Below are positions 63,208 to 64,000 of a stretch of DNA of 64,000 nucleotides, in pieces. The first letter of the stretch is position 1. Every line of letters starts with the position of its first letter. The DNA is from Vulcanimicrobiales bacterium. Its GTDB lineage: Bacteria > Vulcanimicrobiota > Vulcanimicrobiia > Vulcanimicrobiales > Vulcanimicrobiaceae. The DNA is taken from positions 1 to 64,000 of the forward strand of contig JBBQQR010000006.1 in NCBI GenBank assembly GCA_038215615.1, given 5' to 3'. Position numbers and translations under genes: made by a program. Below the pieces are notes generated by a model. It was not told the DNA's origin. It was given only the letters and a program-made list of their open reading frames with translations, and made no database searches.

Positions 63208-64000
63208 ATGATTAGGCCAGTCAGGGCAGATGGCCACGTGGAGCGAGGCGGGATCTTTACTCCGGTTGTTCGGCCGCGAGTCATCGACAGAATTGCGTCC
63301 GCGGCCTCTCAGAGGGTTGTTCTGGTTGTTGCTCCCGCCGGCTACGGTAAATCACTTGCCGTCGGCCAATACCTGGACACCTCGAGTGAGCCCTACGTGC
63401 GTTTTGATGCTAAGCCTGAACACGCGCGTCTGTTAGGATTCCTTCGTGGTTTTGCCGATGCGCTGTCGACAGTTACTGTGGATGCGCGGCGAACGCTCAA
63501 GGCCGCCTACGAAGCAAGTTGCCCGTCAAGAACGCAGGGCGCGGATCTAGCGATGTGGATGCATTCGCACATCAAGAGCTATTCGGGGTTAATTGTAATC
63601 GATGATTTGCATGTTACTGAGGCAGATTGTGAAGTAACAGAGTTTTTATCCACCTTGGTCGCTCTCTCGCGTGGACGTACGAGATGGCTGCTCGCGTCAA
63701 GATCTACACTAGATTTACCGGTTGGTTCGTGGCTGGCATACGGCGACATGGATCTGACAATCGATGAGCATGATCTGCGATTCACGCTGGAAGAGGCGCG
63801 ACAGGCTGGGAAGGCCGCGCGCGTCACCGTCCGGGATGAAGAGCTTGAACAGCTATTGCTGATGACGCAAGGCTGGCCAACCGCGTTAAGTTTCGCTTTG
63901 CGTTCATCGACGAGATCCGTAGATCTCAAGAATATCCAGGCAAACACGTTGGAAATGGTGTACCGTTATCTCGCCGAGCAAGTATATCGGGGCCTAAATA
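63208..64000 (+). CDS. Second tandem MalT-like STAND regulator (partial, runs off window end)
   Basis: FTPVVRPRVIDRI..VVAPAGYGKS, IDDLH, LASRSTLDLPVGSWLAYGD, GWPTAL, YLAEQVY. Confidence 0.85.
   Translation, partial: MIRPVRADGHVERGGIFTPVVRPRVIDRIASAASQRVVLVVAPAGYGKSLAVGQYLDTSSEPYVRFDAKPEHARLLGFLRGFADALSTVTVDARRTLKAAYEASCPSRTQGADLAMWMHSHIKSYSGLIVIDDLHVTEADCEVTEFLSTLVALSRGRTRWLLASRSTLDLPVGSWLAYGDMDLTIDEHDLRFTLEEARQAGKAARVTVRDEELEQLLLMTQGWPTALSFALRSSTRSVDLKNIQANTLEMVYRYLAEQVYRGLN

Overview
GC-rich, very densely packed bacterial chromosome segment. Short Terrabacteria-type RpoB/RpoC together with an outer-membrane TonB-dependent receptor suggest a diderm Terrabacteria lineage such as Candidatus Eremiobacterota; this is inference, not a database result. 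Housekeeping content: the end of an imuB-dnaE2 mutagenesis cassette, rlmD-gatCAB-VOC-mutS2-tyrS, hslO, aroQ, hup-tRNA-Pro(GGG)-rnhA, three glycosyltransferases, ltaE, two DHA2 MFS pumps, rpoB, rpoC, a TM0106-like nuclease-helicase, a fatty-acid desaturase, an amidase, a BNR/VPS10 propeller protein and three MalT-like STAND regulators. Most notable observations: (1) a single ORF fusing a two-domain multicopper oxidase with a twin-Arg leader to a complete ZIP metal permease; (2) rpoB and rpoC separated by about 9 kb, each with its own sigma70-type promoter, both followed by the same CTGTGCCC motif 6 nt after the -10 box; (3) a T5orf172/GIY-YIG-like nuclease gene wedged between imuB and dnaE2; (4) three genes whose apparent N-termini lack any ATG/GTG/TTG start; (5) ~11-bp-phased CTTACAA repeats between a STAND-BTAD activator and a divergent LuxR-desaturase unit. 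No CRISPR array, rRNA or transposase was seen. All family calls come from motif recognition by eye.
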